From Phoronis australis (lineage: Eukaryota > Animalia > Phoronida), in assembly GCA_002633005.1 (NCBI GenBank), contig NMRA01000001.1, positions 3,696,659 to 3,760,658 of the forward strand: DNA of 64,000 nt, given 5' to 3'. Position 1 is the stretch's first letter; every line of letters starts with the position of its first letter. Shown piece after piece: positions 10,954-25,500 of this stretch. The translations under genes were made by a program, and so were the position numbers. The notes below the pieces were generated by a model. That model saw only the letters and a program-made list of their open reading frames with translations, did not search any database and was not told the origin of the DNA.

Positions 10954-13528
10954 TCGGCCATTGTGTAAGACCATCATTTTCATTTTCATTTTGGTTTCTT
11001 AAGGGTTCTTGACAAACTGTTGGGTCCTGTTTCATGTTACATTGTCATTTGAAATAGTTGTAAACACGCCTTTAGTCACAACAATGTAATTTTGACAAGT
11101 TACCAAATCAAAATGAAATTGGTCTTAAATTATTTCATAGTCAAATTGCAGGTGATTTCTTGGCTTGGAAGGAACTGGTTGTTTGTTATAGCTCGACACT
11201 ATATTCTGCAAATGCGTTCGTGGGTGTGGTGGGTCATTTCATGTGTCAAATATCATGGTTTCGAGCAAAAACAAACTGACACATTTTTAAGCCTAAAACA
11301 CCCGTCTTGTCAGAGTTTGGAACAAGTTGAATGGTGGTAGGTAGCTTAAAAATGCTATATCTCATTAAAACCGTGAATATTTAAATTTGTAGCAAGTGCC
11401 TCCTAGTGACTTCCTGGAGAACTGTGTGTACAAGAGACAGGAAAAGAAACGATTTGAAAATAAATTTGCGGTTTTATAAAAAACACAACTGATGCACTTC
11501 AAAACCCTTAGCTAGTAATTCAAATATGCAATCGTTATTTGACAGTGAAATAAACAAATAATAAAAACTGTGCCTTTGTTTTATTAGGGTAACGATGAAA
11601 TATTACCATACTTTTTTTACACAAAAATAGTTTTGCAAAAGGAAACTTTCACGAGATTGTAATGGTAACTGGTTCGCAGATGGTTTCCGGCACACTGGAG
11701 GTTTGTAAATTAGTACTTCATTTGCATTTTCACAATTTAATGAGACTATGCACCTTAAGTTTGATGGAACATGGGTTTATAGCCATTATGATTTCATGTT
11801 TAGCGATGTAATTTTGTGTGATTTTTTTGACTGCTGCCGATGTGAAAGTGATTAGAAGCTGCCAAGCCTTAATTACTGGCCCATGTGGCATGATAGTTGC
11901 CATGGTAGCTGATAGTCAAATTACATAACTTTATGAAATGAGCAGCATCAAGTGATTGAAATCTGTTCTTTATGTTGATGCTTTCTGATTAAGAAACAAA
12001 GAACCAGTCAGTTAATGATTTGAAAAATGTTGTTAGTTGTAGTGCACCTGATTCAAAGTGATTATATATTTTTACCAAATACATCTTTTGTTGACAATGT
12101 ATTTAATGTTTCCAGTCTTGAAAATAATGAACACTGGGAATTTCAATATCACTTGCTATACTAATATTATATAGGTTAAGCCAAACACGCACTTTGAACA
12201 GTGAATCTGTTGAAGCAGTCCTATGGGCTATCATATGTAATTTAGGAATGCCAACTCGGCGTATTAAAAGACCCAAACGAGAAGTTCCATGGTGGTTTTC
12301 CAAATGGTGCAGGGAGAGACCTGAAAAAAATGGAAGATATATGTCTGGATACTAAAAACAAGAATGTTGGTAGTTTTAAATTTATTCGAAACAAAATCTC
12401 ATAACAATCACTTAACAAACACACAGAAGACTGGATTTCCTAAATACCGTACACTAAAAACTTTCCAACAAAATAGTTATCAGAAGGATGACCACAGTAT
12501 TGAGCAGATATAATAATTTCCAGAATTAAACATTAAATTGAATCGTACATTTTTCCCAATAGGGGTGATTATATCAGTTCTCAAATACTATAGTCATGGA
12601 CCGAGACAAATCTTTAAGAAATGACACAAGTGATAACATAAAGGCACAAAATTCAATGCCACACCTGCAAAAAAATCAGTCCACTAATGACACTTTACAC
12701 CAACCCCTGAAATTCTAAAACTTAACTGTAAAAAGAGTGTATAACAAAACTTCGTCACCATCACCAATATTTACTACAGCACTATGACTACCAGTGTTTT
12801 GAATCTAACAAATGACTAAACTGGGTCTTGGCATTAATGCTAAACATTTCTGTAATCGTCTAACACATAAACGAGGGCACAATCCTATTGGTCACACCTT
12901 AGTTGTACTTGCTATTTGCTGTGAAAGTGGAACCTATTCAGAAGCTAGTGAAAAATGGAAACTAGCTCACTCACTGTACATATATAAAGTCGGCCTGCCT
13001 CCACAACAGCTTCATATCTCTGGTAGCTTCTGTTAAGTGCAAGTTTAACTGGCTTCTTACACATATTTGTAACCTTTGGCTTTATTTATCGAGTTCAGTT
13101 CTATGGGGGCTCATTTCAGAGGTAGTTTCCACAAAATGATCTCATATGTGTTCATATTGCAATCCCTGCTCAGTACGTGCACACTAATACTGGTCATGAC
13201 ATCATTTTTTTGAAGTTACCCCATAGAATTTGTTTTCTGCAAACCACACCCACTCCACATGAAAAAGCACTGATAATGTTTCAGCAGTCACTACCCCAGG
13301 TCAACCTCTTGCTTTGACCATACAATAGGTTCCAAAAGCCTTCAACAATTTAGAATCATTTCCAAATTTAAACCCAACTTCACATGAATATTTATTGAGA
13401 GAACTAGTAAACTGAATGGCACAAACTTCAACTTCAGTACTTTACTTCATGTGAACATTAGTTAGTACCGAGGCACGCACTGTTGATCAACGACCTATTG
13501 CAATGCCACATCATGCAAAATGACATGA

Positions 13529-16500
13529 CTACCTTGAGAAAATATCACAGTTTGCATTGGTGTCAGGAATTAACTCCACACTAGACACATTGGCATTTGT
13601 ATCCTTATGATCCAGGACACTCCTATTGTTGTTCCGCGCGAAGAAATAAGCGTCGATTAATTGCTCATGTTCCAACTTATCAAGTCTGCTCCACGCCTCC
13701 CGGATGTCCCCATGAATAGCATCTATTAATTGTTCTGAAACCAAGAGAAGAGACGAAACCATAAAATTGACCATTACCTAAATCTAACCACATATTAATG
13801 GTAAACCTGAGCATGTGATAGGACAGGTATATTCTCATTGGTGGGTGACGGCGCGTAACTAAGAGTCCATATGAAGACAGCAAAAACTCCTTTTAGCCCA
13901 GTTCATCACAGTGAGAATGTACTCCAGGTACTCATTGTCAATGCATGGCAAGGCTTTCAACATTAACAAACATGCAACAAGTTATAAGACTCATTAGCTG
14001 ATATCTAATGATAGGAATGCCATGAAAAACGAACAAGCCGAATATACAAGCACGCATCATTTTGCAAGACCCATTAGGTCACAGTCTTTGTCTTGAATCA
14101 TTTTGAGACATGCGCTGTGCTTCAATTTCAGTCGTGGTCTCTTCTTTGGACAGCTGTGCGTATGCAAGTTCAAGCAAGCATAAACAAGGTTTGAAATGCC
14201 TTGATTTACCAAGTGATGAGAACATTTTTTTTAAAAATTCCCACATCATTCATTTTTGAAAGTGTGGGCAACTAAAAAATACCGCATCATCCACTCCATT
14301 TTCAAAGAAACCTTAACTCATGCTTAATTGTATGAATAATCAACAAGATTAATATCCAAGCATGTAACAAGCTTCAAGTCCCATTAACTTTTCAGACACA
14401 CATGCCATAAAAACAAAAAGGCTAAAATTCAAACCAATGAATTTGGTTAAATCATGTATAAATGCACATAAAATACAGTGCTGCAGCAATAGTACGCAAT
14501 AAGACACTAAGATATCTGTCACTCAAGAATAACAGAAAAATAGTGAAGAAAGCTCAAAAAATTAATGTTCCTGCAAGCATAGGTCAAATCCATCAGAGCC
14601 AGTGCTGTTGTCGGTAACTTATTTTTCCAAATTTTATGATGGTGGTTAGCAAAGCAAACACAAAGAAAAACAAAATTGCCACTAGGTGACTGTAGCAGTC
14701 GCGCAAGTCCCAAAAATTCCGACTCAGCTGTGCTCTCCTCAAGACGTACTCTGGTCAAATTTCATGAAGATTCACTAAGGAGCTTGTATTGAGCCACAGC
14801 CAAATTAAATTGTCACGAGAAGGCACCACAGAAGTCAGACCTATTCAAAACTCATCATTAGCCATGCACTTCCCAGGAGGAAGACATGACAATTTTTGCA
14901 ATGATCCTAAAGAGTGATATGGCTAGCAGAGAAGCAGAGGTTAAAAACCAGACTGAAAAACATATCAAGTGTCCATAAGGAATAAGTAATGTTAAAACCA
15001 TCCAAAAATGGGAAAGGCTTATCGTCTCTTTAATAGAAATCTATTTGCCATGTTTCATGGAAATCCGGCAAATAACTCCTAAAATACGGAGGAAAATGTA
15101 AAAAAACTAAAATTGCCACTAGGGGCACAGCGTTAGCCAGATCTGCCCAAAAGTTATTGCCATCTTAAGTCACTTTAATAGAAATACATTAGTAATAATG
15201 TTCTTGCAAAGGTTCATGAGATCAAGCCATGTACACAAAAAATTCCCACCCATCCAAAAATCATCGTCAGCCATCCTCTTCCCAGTAGGAAGGACACATA
15301 CCAATTTTCATAATCATCCTTAGAGTGGTATGGCCTATATAGAGCTAGATGCCTAAAAACGGCCACTATGTGGAGCAGAATACATCAAATATATACAAAA
15401 ACAAAACTTTGACGCCGTCTCCTTAATAAATATCTATTTGCCAAATTTCATCAAAATCCGTCAACGAACTCCGAACATACAGAGCCAAACGTAAAAAAAT
15501 AAAATTGCCACAAGGGGGACACAGGCAATAACATCCATCTGAAAATTTGCTCATGCCGTCCCACCACAGGAACATGTCAGCAAAATTTCAGTAACATCCA
15601 CTAGTGGTTTTCGAGATACGGCAGCAGATGCCTGACTACGGGTGGGGGATGATGGCATATTCCACCCACATATATACATATATGAGACAGTGTGGGTACA
15701 AAGAAATACCATTTTCTTACCAGTTTTATGTTCTATGAAAGAACTGATTGGACCATTTCTTGATTTTGCATCTGCAAACAGTAAACAGCCTTTTGGCTTT
15801 TGAGGAAGGCAGACTGATTATAGTGAAATGTGTCACCACGTGCAATAATGCAACTCTTAACACCGACTCACTCATAACATTAAAGCATTTCTAAGAAAAT
15901 CTCGGAAGCAATCATTTAGTTAAGTGCATCACATTGTGAAATGCCAACAACTTAACGTAAAACTCACATCGTTAAGTTTTCAGGCGTAATTCAAGGCCAT
16001 TATGCAAATGTTTTGTGAAAACATCCATCTATCCATCTACCTTGAAGGATTTTCTTACCTAAAGAAGCAAAGTTGAGCTGCGGTCGCATGTGGCCTGTAA
16101 TGAGAATCTTCAGGTGCGACCCGTAAAAATCGTCGTCAAAAGTATTCATGATATGCGTCTCCTGTGAACAAAAGTAGACAATGTAACACAAATGATATTA
16201 CTAACTTCTGTGTACAAGAAACGCGACCCGTGACCTACATGAACATGAGACATTACTACATGTCCAAAGACATATGTAACCTGTGACCAACATAATTGTA
16301 CAAGAGACATTGCCTGTGTCCAGACAAGCACTTGCCCAGCAAGTGAATAGTGTGCAAGAGACGATTAGGACAAACATCTAATAAGCGCAACTTGGTACTA
16401 GTAAATCAGTTTACCAACTTGTGCCCAAAAGACTTATTAAATGCCCTCGTACAAATGACGCCACGGGGCAGGTGAAATTATCAGTTATTCGTTCAAGCAG

Positions 16501-19500
16501 TTAAGATAGAACAGGCACTTTTTGCACCATTTACAAGACACAAGCACAGTGTGATTTCCATGTTGTTATGGCTGTCTTAACACCAGCTGAGATGGACATT
16601 CAGCTGATTGGGTGCAAAATGAATTAGATGCCACTTCAACTCATCTGGTGAAGGTCAGTGCCAATCTAGACACATTATTGTTTGAATTTTGTAATGGACT
16701 GAAAACTGAAAAATCCGTTGCGAAAAGGTATCTGTTACCAACTAGACTTTTGAGGAGACAGCGACTCCTAGTGGGATTTATAAATGTCCTCCTTTGCTCA
16801 AGCTTGTGGGTTCAAGTCCCACTGGGCCACACTGCTAGACCCTTGAGTCAGGTCTCTAGCTCCTCAGCTCAGTTTAACTATATATTTAATAATCTAATCA
16901 TAAAAATGGTTCCAGGTGATCAGTGCCATGGACCCACCTGAACGGCCAGAGCACACGTCAGGTACGTGTACCAGACCACCTTCCATTATTTTTATTAGAC
17001 TTATGACAGATATTGATACTGTAAGTCCAATACATAGATCCGAAATGCCAAAACATTGGAGCACCATAATATTAATATCAGATGGTATTTGTAGGAGTCC
17101 TCCAAAATGTGACTGCAAACAGAGCATCCAGACACAAGTAATGCAGCAGTAACTGCGAAAAATGACATTTAAGACGAACAAAGCAGAATCTGTTACATGT
17201 GAAGGGATTGAAATGAAACTGCAAACATACTCTGTTTAATCAGCTAAAGACAATTATTCTCTCAAAATCAATCTCATAATATTCCTTTTCTTGACAGTAT
17301 TCTATTTACGTTACCAACAAGAACATTAGCGACTCAAAAAAACACTTCAAAGTTTTTAAGAGTAAGACAACACTAAAATTGCGAATTTGACAATGGGCAC
17401 TTGTACTGTATGCATTGCCAGTGACATGACTCATTCAACAATTCAAGATCCCAAGAGAGAGCTGTTTTTAAACCCCAAAGCCTCGTCAAGAATCATTCAG
17501 CATTTTATTTTATTTTAGCCACCTAAATAGGGTGAAACATTGCTTTAACAGAAATTTGCATCCCTGTTTTAGTTACAGTTTCAAGCAGAACTAGTTGATA
17601 GTTTGATAGCAATGTTTAGACAGATTGTTTTAAATTCTAAATTACCACACCACCGACTCGATTTTCCAAGAAACCAAAGACCAGAATTGAAGTGCTTTTT
17701 TGGCCTTAACTGAGATGCTTGACTGTAAGAATTTGAAAATGAACAAGACTAATATCCAAGCAGGCAACAAGCTACAATTCCCATTAACTTAATACGAAGA
17801 AGGATAAAACATTAATACGAAGAGGATAAAATTCAAAACAAATTTGGTTAAATACAGGTAAAAGGCTGTGCAAATAGTACACATAAGGCACTAAGCTACA
17901 TGTCACTAAGCAGAAAAATAGCCAAGAAACCCTAAATACTGATGCCTATTAGAAGTCAACAACCTGGCTCAGTGTACTGGGTAAACATTGCTGATAAGCC
18001 TATCAGTTAAAATATATTGTGGTTCAATTTAATTACTGCAGCTCCCCTTTTCTAGACAGATTTTAGAAACAAACACATTTTATGACACTTTATCAAGCCA
18101 CACAAAATCTGGGTGACCTTTTAGACTTGACCAAAAGGATTGTAAGGTCAACACAAGGTTATTTTAGTCAGCCAGGGAAGATGCCAAAAGTTGTAATCAT
18201 AGCCCTACAATTCCAAACACTGGGGTCCACTGGACCCACTATTCAAAAGTTAGACTCCATTATTTAAATTTTTGAGGGTCTGCTAAAGTTCAGAAATCGG
18301 TACACTAGCACAGACTACCTCAGAAAATAAACAAAAATTATTTTCCTGATAGCGTGTGCCAAGTTCATCGAATGTAAATTATAGGCTTTGGAGTTGACCA
18401 GTGTGAGAAATGAACTGAGTAACCAAGCATTGTAAACTGTCCATGAGTTAATTTAACCAAATGCAGTCTATGAGTGTTGCCAAGGTGATGCAATGCAATG
18501 AATGGTAATTTAATTACTTTATCCTGTCCTAATATAAGAGTATTTTACCCCATCATTGGTGAAGCATTCTTTTGAGGGTGACTCTGAGTGACACCACACT
18601 CACTGAGGTCACACCTTTCACTTCATTAACTACAAAACCAGACACCCCCTATTCAAATGGATGAATTATGTGGTGAATATACAATGTACAGACCTCATTA
18701 ACATAGAGGTGTGCATTACTAGAATTATTGACTCTCAGCAAATATGGAAATTCACATCAAGCAGCCTTGTGCAAAATAAGTGACGGACATACACGTAATA
18801 TAATTTTTTAAAATAATTTAGGGGGTTCGAAATGAAGTTACGGTTTTAAATAAGTGGAAAATTACCATAAACTCTGGAAAAGGGTGCAATTCGAATTTGG
18901 TACATTCATCGACAAAAATACTGAAAGACAATCAAAAAATGAAATTATGTCATTTTTTATTACATTTCTTACAATAAGCAACACATCAAAACTGTGTTTT
19001 AAGTGACGCACCCCTTAACAGAACACACGTCTTCTATAGCTTAACTGAAAGACACATGGGTTTATAGTCACTTTGTTGTAGAACTGGGATTTTCTTTGCC
19101 ACAGATACAACAATTACAAAAAGAAATTCCACCACTTTACTACAAATTATGTTGAAAACCTAAAAGTAAATCCGACAAAAAAGAACTTGAAAACCTAATA
19201 TTCATTTACTGTAGGAATTTTTGGCTCCGATACTGCGCCGATTGTACAACGAGAAAAATTTCAACAACTTTTTATTTTTGGAATTACGCATATTCTATAT
19301 CAGGAACATTTTTAAGTCTGGACTGCACGCCACCTGTTGGCCACACCATGTGACCTAATGAACATAAGTCTGAAAATAGTTCTGCCCCAAATGGGGCCTC
19401 GAACCCAGGACCTTCTGCTAACCATGCAGACACTCTAGTCCCCTGAGCCATCGGGACCACTGGTCCAACACAGAAATCAAATCCCACCCATAAACTTGTG

Positions 19501-22500
19501 ATTGTACATAAAATATGTAGATCTAGAACCAGCACATATTTTACTACACTGTCAAGACAGGTGTACACATACCATGGTCTTCTTTGTGTTGTTGAAGTAT
19601 GGGTTGTACCCAATACTCATCACCATCTTATGTACATCTCCGTGATCAACAGACGCCCAACCAAAGTAGACACCGCACTCCATCTCAGGGGGTAACAGGC
19701 CAACCACGTCATCCGGAAAGTTGGCTGGAACGAGAAAAATGCAATGCAATCCATTTGTTATTTGACGGGTGTGAACGTGAACAAGTGCAGTGTAGTAAAT
19801 GAAATCAAGCAAGGACTATAGTTCATATTACTCCAGAATCGAGCCATCATGAAATAAGATTGAGATATTCGACAATCACATCAGGACATTTGTCAAATTG
19901 CAAGTGTTTTCAAGTAGTTGTCATCTTTTGTGGATTTTTCAAAAATATTCATACATGTAAATTGCAACTTTATTTTTCATTGTTTCCCAAGACATTTCTT
20001 TAGACACACTTTTAACGGATTTCTTTTCTGCACCTAGGTGGATCTGCAGGAAATTTTGCTCACTTATTTTACAGAATATGGTCTAGTCAACCCCGTCACA
20101 TTTTTCATTTTTCCTTTGATAACAGTGATATTGGCTCTTAAAAATACAAATCTGGGAAGTGTTCTAAAAAGGAACTTACATCATCTCTGTTTTTGAAGAT
20201 GAAATAAAAAATCTGATTACTGGCAGTAAGAATATGACATTTAAATACAAAGTCACCAACAATTTACAGGTTTTTCACAACTTCAAGTTCAGGGCAAAAA
20301 GGATATTTTTCACAAAAATGACAAGACATGTCATGATTACAAATGACTAGGATGATTTAAGGCATGAAGTAATATTTCAGCCATCGACTAAACAATATTT
20401 TGACGGGCCACTGCAACTTAGTCCTGAGTGTGGTACTGACGTAGAATCTCCTAAACACCTGGTAGAGTCTTGCCCAGCTTTTTATAGGCTAAGGAGCAAC
20501 CAACTGGATGGCACTGTTACATGCCTACAACACATAGTGCATGGCACCAAATGGAAACGTCTGTCCGTTTTTCTAAAGGAGACTGGCAGACTTGAAAACT
20601 TTCTTCACGAGGAGCCATAATTGGGCTCTCGTGCTTTTGCTCAGGTGTTTTGTGCAATGGGCCCAACCATGAGGCCTGCGCACGTCTGATGCACCGCAAA
20701 TGACATCAGACCACCTGCACTGCTTTTTTTTAAACAATATTTTAGTTTTACAGTCAAAGTTATTTGATTTAGCGTGAAAGTAATTCATAAATGTTTAAAA
20801 TTACCTTCACTGCATTCTGGAGACTTGTTTGGATATTACATCTGTTCAATTGGGGTAAATGTCATGCAACTAATTCACATGTGGTTCAAGGTTATCTCAA
20901 ACCTTATTCACAAAAATTTGTAGAGATTTTACAATATCCCGCATATGTCTACCTATTATCATTTTCGGGGAATTTCAAATATGAAATATGTTATATTCAA
21001 ACAAACCGTAATATCTGCCTTACGTGATGAAAGTGATAGCTATAATGTTCTGTTCGTTTTAAGTCTGACTGAAGAAGAAAACTTTTCAACCTGGGAGCGA
21101 ACAAGTCCCAAACTAATTTTTTTGGATAAAAATTTGCCAATCATAACATTAAGCAATTGTTTGGAAAATGTTGTACAAGTTTCAGCTAATTCTCCTCAAT
21201 TTATGGACATTTACTGCCCTACAAGGACAAAGCTCTTCGAAAAATGTCCTCAATTAATTTTTAATGAGTACAATTTCAACACTGAGTATTCCAGGTATGT
21301 AAATACCGGTATGTACATGTTCAACTGTGCTGTGGGCCTGTGGCCTTTGTGCGCTTCAATAAAGTTATTCTCTGGTAGTGCACTGAATCTCACAGTACTT
21401 TCACATGATCTGATAGTTATACCATACTTGAACTCACTGGTCATGTTGCCAGAATGTTTACGTCCCCAATCGACCCTCCAGAGTTTTCACAGACAATCTG
21501 GAAGGTCACATGGACGTTTTGTGGACAACTGATGAGAATGACCCCATTAACAAAGTGTACAACAAGTTCATATATGGGGTCGATACATGGCAGTCACTGG
21601 ACGTAATTTTTAGACCAAATCAGTCACAAAATAACATTTAAAGCCACAATAAACCATCACAGAATTGACCAACATTTGACCACAAACCACAATGAAACTG
21701 GAGTCAAATTTTTCCTTAGTTATTATAGATTGTGAACAAGCTACTCAAGTTTGCTAATTCTCTTGCACACAGTAAAATCTCACCAACTTGGAAAAAAATA
21801 ATTGCCAAAATTCCACAAATTTTTTAAATACTGTCTGGTGATACAGAACATGGATATGACAAAGGTTTATGAAAAAGAATTAGAAACAGGAAAAATGAAG
21901 CGTGAGACTATCTCTACCAAGCATCACTACACATCATTTAAATGTGCTTTTTATCAACATTCCTTAATTCTGGACCATCTCTTTAATTTGGGAAATGGAC
22001 TCAATGAGCCTTGCCTCATTAAGGCAGGAAAATACTCATACTCTCGACACCAATTGGCCAGTTAATGCAAATCCTTGATTTTTGAGCTCTCCGATTTAAG
22101 GACCAACTCACTTTTGTAATACCATAAAAAATTCTGGAAATACCAAGATTAAGTAAATAGACTTTCATGCTATTAAACTAAGTTATCCCGTGAACACAAC
22201 ATAGACAAAACACCCGAACTATATAAGATAACACAGGTTGCAAACTGTTAATAAAAATTATCTGACTCTTTGACACTGGTCAAAGTACTCAAAAATGGTG
22301 TCACTTGCGGTTGAGAGATACTAAACATATAATCTACTAATCTGAAAGGTCACAGTCTCACCTGACCATGCCACAACCAAAACAAAGCAAAGTCAGTTGT
22401 AAATAGCCAACTTCAGATGTGGAACTTTTATGACAGTTAGAATGCCTGATCTCGAGACAGAACATCAAGTTAAAAACAGTATTAGCTATCTTACATCTTA

Positions 22501-25500
22501 CAAGCATAATGTACATGAAGTTAATATTCTGGACAAACAGCACAGGTTCACAATGGGTGAACATAACCTCACCACAGGATGCCTCATTGTAAGGTAACCT
22601 AATAATAATAACAATAATAATAATCTCAGGCAGCAAGGAGGATTTGAGGTCAGACCTTAAGAGGAGAGATCATATGTTTAACAAATGTTCACAGATAAAT
22701 TTGTTCAGATGGCAGATCAGCAGCTGTTCTGTGTTCTCATATGGCAAGGCAACACAGTTTAATGACACTGTTACAATACTCTTCACTCGATGCCAAAATT
22801 GCCATTTTTCAACTTTTCAAAGGCCAAATAACAATAAATGATTGTTTTCTTTTTGTTATTTCATGACACATGCGCACTGCATTCTATAATGGGATTGATG
22901 TAGAATTTCCCTCGACTCATAACAGTTTTGTTGTTCAGTTAATCTGACAATTTTATATTAGTTTCCATACACTTAACTATAACAAATAGTCTACACATAT
23001 TGCTTTAACATTATTTCATATGTGGGCTACACACTTTCAAAATACAAGATAAAAATTCACCAGTGTTGTTTACAAATGACAACACTATGTGACATATAGT
23101 CCAGAGAGGACTTGTGACCACAAAACCACAGAGCCACTTTCAAATCAACAATTCCTGTAGTTAACTGGCTAACTACATTCTTGGAAGAATGCCAAATAAC
23201 ACATTTATATTGACCCAGTAACACTGTTTATTAAACCTGAGCGTCAGTCTGAGTACTAACTCATAGTTTTGCTTTCAGAAAACACTAGCTAGAAAAATCC
23301 CATCTTATCTTTGACTAACAGAACTGCACATAAAATTATTGAACATCATCAATTTTTAGACTTGATAACAAGTGTCAACCGTGACCTCTTTAATAAATTT
23401 CAATACTTTTAACTATCATCACCACAACTCCTGACACACCACTAATGCGAATCAGCATTGGTGCACAGAGACCCCCCCCCACCTCACATGACTGCACACT
23501 CAAATTCTGTGCCCGTAGATAGGTCCCCCATCTGTCCCCCTCACAGTAGGCAGATGTGAAACAGATTGTATACTTTTCCAGTTGATCCTGAGCACAATGA
23601 AAATAACAGGCATGGTTCACTGTCGATGATAACTTTGTTACATACTGAGGAATTCAACCAATTGAACAAAAACTCATTACCTTGTTTGAGATTGAAGAAT
23701 TCATTTTTACCTTCAAAAGTGTCTTTAGGTATATGACTGTATGGGTAATTCCATGATAAGGTCAACAGAGAGACAAAAATACAAAATCGCAACATTAACG
23801 TTTCTGGTGTATTCTGAAAACCCAATGTCTAGTTTCACAATGCACGTGAATTTCCTATAACTTTCAATTTTTTGGCTATGGGGACTCATATTTGAGGCGA
23901 AACTGACCCAAAGAATTTCCTATTATACCGTAATCGTTCGGGTTAACGCCCATGCTCAGTTAACCGCCCATCCCCGACTTTAAGTGGATTTTCGATTTAA
24001 CCGCCCACTGCTCGGTTTAGCGCCCCCCTGCGATTTTTTAAGATTTCCAGTTAAGCACCCACCTCTCGGTTAAGCGCCCATCCCCGACTTTTAAAGAACG
24101 AAGATTTAGCGCCTAGTGCTAAGGAAACGCGCGATTCCCCGACTTACAGAAAAAGATCGATGATCACAATGAGTGCAACGACGCCGGGACTTCGAGACGG
24201 TGGTTTAGCAATCTGAATTACAATACAGGTAACGAGTTATTGTCTTGGGTCATAAACTCACTTCAAAATATAATACTTGAACCTTTTTGTCACTTTATTT
24301 TCTTCCCTTGTTAGCAAAGTTTAAGAACGCCGCCGGCGCCAAATCCTCTGCTTTCAGAGACTTTGTCTGCCGCGCTGAGTTTCCGTCTGCAGTGCACTAG
24401 ATAAAACATATATTCGAAAAAATCAGGCCAGAGAAATGTGACAATGGTTTTGCCAACCCTCCAAATTCTATTAAGGTGGGAAGCTCTCGTATTTTGAACA
24501 AATCTCACAACTCACGGAAAGATGTCAAATGCTCAATATTTTGATGAATATAACTGCCGGGTTATAGAGGATGTGGGGCGACCGAAGGGACAGTACAAAT
24601 GGCTTACTGGGTTACCGATTTCGTTGCTGTCTGTCGATTTCTGAATTCAAACGTTGGCAATAATGTATGTTTGTGTATGATCTCGAAGTAATAAAAAACG
24701 GCTAGTCAAATTTTGTTTTTCGCTTATTGCATCTCAGTCAAACTGGTTAGTAGATTTAACTAATGTCGCTGGCTGTTCTTTATTATTTCTTGCGTCAGCC
24801 CCCACGTAAGCGTGACTGTGTGAATTATCGTTTCCACATCCCCTTTTTAGCCATCCAGAATAATTTTGTTTATACATTGGCCATTTTCAGCCTGAACAAA
24901 AATTCACCATTCGAGTCTGAAATATTTACGACGTAGACTGCTTCAGACGATAGTGGGTAGGAGATTAACACAGCTAGTTACAGGGATGGGCTTAGGGAAC
25001 ATCGAGCCGGGAAATATGGCAATAGACTTGACATCGCAGTTTTGGGGAACATTGGCAACGGAGGAATATCGTAAAGAACTGGGTCTTTCGTAACAACAGC
25101 TTAAAAGCACATAGTTACGCCCGTTTTTGTTACTTCGGACTGTCGCTTATGTGTGACCGATTTGTAGTGGTGCACGTGCGCAAGTTCCCACACTTTGGAG
25201 TGCATGTTACCTTGACACCAACATGTGATTGACAGGTGACTCACACGTAGGCCCTACGTGCGTGCTGAATACCGCCACTATCTTTGGCCATAAAAAACGA
25301 GGCCGTTACATTACTTGACGGCATTTCCAAGTCACGATTGTCAGCCGACTGAGACATTGCGCGATAACAGCGGGACCGAACAGTGCCGCAGTGCTATATT
25401 ACAAGTGATATAAATAGGCTAATCTGGACATCTTGCATGAAAAATAAATGTTTTTCCACCACGAAGTTTGGTAAGGTGATCGTTTAGAATGATGAATTGA

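Noticed and set aside
19385-19458. Possible tRNA gene
   Set aside because: A/B boxes are present, but I could not fold a proper cloverleaf and it continues into a repeat body found elsewhere in the window, so it is a SINE head.
20945-21532. Longest ORF in the track (195 aa, plus strand)
   Set aside because: It is antisense within RFK intron 1, overlaps AT-rich repeat-like sequence, and has no recognisable domain or splice context; likely chance.
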